A stretch of 62,512 nt of DNA, counting the filler, from Globobulimina sp. (Eukaryota), in assembly GCA_003354225.1 (NCBI GenBank). It is 30 parts of 30 records of this genome, joined end to end, with 100 filler letters (N's around TTAATTAATTAA, not from the genome) between each part and the next. Parts side by side here need not be neighbours in the genome. Positions count along the whole stretch, not along the records: positions 60,528 to 62,512 come from PIVH01009989.1; 29 more parts are not named here. One strand, 5' to 3'. Within the stretch, counting starts at the first letter, position 1, and the number at the start of each line of letters is the position of its first letter. This document shows positions 61,139 to 62,512 of this stretch, piece after piece. A program made the position numbers and the translations under genes. The notes beneath the pieces were generated by a model. That model was not told where the DNA came from and searched no databases. It saw only the letters and a list, made by a program, of their open reading frames with translations.

Positions 61139-62029
61139 ATGCACTCCATTCATACATCAACATTAAACAGCAGTTTTCAACAAATTTATTCAACCACACA
61201 ATTGCAAGGAAACGACAATAACACAGCAAAGAGTTCAATACAAAGGCAATTTAAACATATTCAAACAAATAAAAGTTCAGTAGATTCATTATTTATTCTT
61301 TGTACTATTTATTTATTGTCGGAAAAATTAAAAACAGTTCCAACATTTGAGCAATTTGTATATGATAAAAATGAACCCGATTTTATACATTTCCAAGGGT
61401 TGTCACCGCCAATTTGTATGTTTCAGACAGTTTGTAATAAGCTTAAGAATAATCGAGAATATTATCGAATGCTAATCCCGCCAATTTACGAGGATCAGAA
61501 CATATTATTGCTGTGTTGCAGAAAGAAAAAAAATGTCAACAAGTTCAGATTTTCCTGCGACGAATTTAAAATGGAAAAAAAGAATAATCCGTATTACATC
61601 GGCAAAATGAAAGTTGTTGAAATAACAGAGAAATCTGTGACATTTATGGTGACTGCAAACAATAAAAATAATCAAAAAATAAAAATATGTTCAATTAAAA
61701 TCATTGCTGAAGAAAATAACTCACATTTTATAAGTGTGACATTATTATCAAATATGAATATGAATATGATTGAATCCAACGGTACAAATGACATAATTAA
61801 TGGAAGAATAAACAATTTTATTGAACCAAGATTAAATTTAAAGATATTATCATCAAACAGGACAATTTTAAACGTTACAGATTGTGTAAATTGTATAGAA
61901 AGATTACAAGGTAAATCTAGTCACATTTCAAATACAATGATGATTGATTTTGATTATCCACTCAATTTATTCGTTTCATTTGCTATCACATCTGCCATTA
62001 ATTGCAGACATTTGTTCCTATCGCACTGA
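61139..62029 (+). CDS. Divergent Tubby C-terminal-like domain protein
   Basis: LLCCRKKK...F.FS.D....K..PYYIGKMK and terminal IDFDYPLNLFVSFAI. Probably has upstream exons. Confidence 0.65.
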   Translation: MHSIHTSTLNSSFQQIYSTTQLQGNDNNTAKSSIQRQFKHIQTNKSSVDSLFILCTIYLLSEKLKTVPTFEQFVYDKNEPDFIHFQGLSPPICMFQTVCNKLKNNREYYRMLIPPIYEDQNILLLCCRKKKNVNKFRFSCDEFKMEKKNNPYYIGKMKVVEITEKSVTFMVTANNKNNQKIKICSIKIIAEENNSHFISVTLLSNMNMNMIESNGTNDIINGRINNFIEPRLNLKILSSNRTILNVTDCVNCIERLQGKSSHISNTMMIDFDYPLNLFVSFAITSAINCRHLFLSH

Positions 62030-62512
62030 CAACTCTTGTAATTCTTTTTATTTAATTTTATATGCAATATTTAAAACCTAGCTAAATTAATGTCAGAGCA
62101 ACATTAGCTTAGTTCAATAATCAATATTCATGCAATTATTTAACATGATATCATTCACCGTGTTTATAATTATATTTGTGCGCAATTGTAACGCATCAAT
62201 AAATACAAATTATTCAGCATGGATTGTGCCAGCAACACCTTTATTTCCAAGAGCAGATGTTCATATTGCTGTTGCTTCCTACAATAATATCGTTTAAAAA
62301 AAAATTTAAGGGGAGTGTAAATTGATCAAGTTCATATCATCAACCTTTTTGATGTTTTTTTCCAAATAAAATGAAAAATAACAACCTAATTATCGAAAAA
62401 AATGAAAAAAAACAACCTAATTTTCGTCTCCCATAATTCAAATTGCTTCGAACGTTGTTTTGTTTATTTATGAGTTTGTAATTGGATATGTCTCAAGTAT
62501 AGGATAAGATTT

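Noticed and set aside
3321-62029. Alternative genetic code (stop reassignment) to explain broken ORFs
   Set aside because: The breaks are resolved by short GT-AG introns, and TAA, TAG and TGA all terminate conserved genes.

Overview
This window is not one locus. It is 30 unrelated contigs of about 2 kb (1989 down to 1985 bp, sorted by length) joined by artificial 100-nt linkers (N-run + TTAATTAATTAA + N-run), so no gene neighbourhood crosses a linker and most genes are cut at contig ends. Most contigs come from an AT-rich, gene-dense eukaryote with short GT-AG introns (about 55-125 nt). The EFL-type GTPase and overall protein style suggest a rhizarian or foraminiferan, which is inference only. 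Recognisable genes include an Amt transporter, an OxlT-like MFS, a multicopper oxidase, RtcA, VPS35, an XK scramblase, LPCAT, OYE, RluA, RCC1, Alba, SPRY/MATH/FYVE proteins, an RPA2 fragment and a Ty3/Gypsy pol. One contig looks archaeal. The best candidate for a new system is a single intron-free ORF fusing a 2H phosphoesterase (two HxT motifs) to an EFL translational GTPase (12534-14521). Other highlights are a carboxylate-clamp TPR fused to prefoldin subunit 4, a CheR-like fragment on a eukaryotic contig, a contig that closes into a 1867-bp circle or tandem unit, a ZAR1/RTP-like 3CxxC membrane protein, a possibly dual-targeted RtcA, and a recurrent short N-terminal motif on SPRY and MATH proteins. 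All family calls come from motif recognition by eye; no searches were run.
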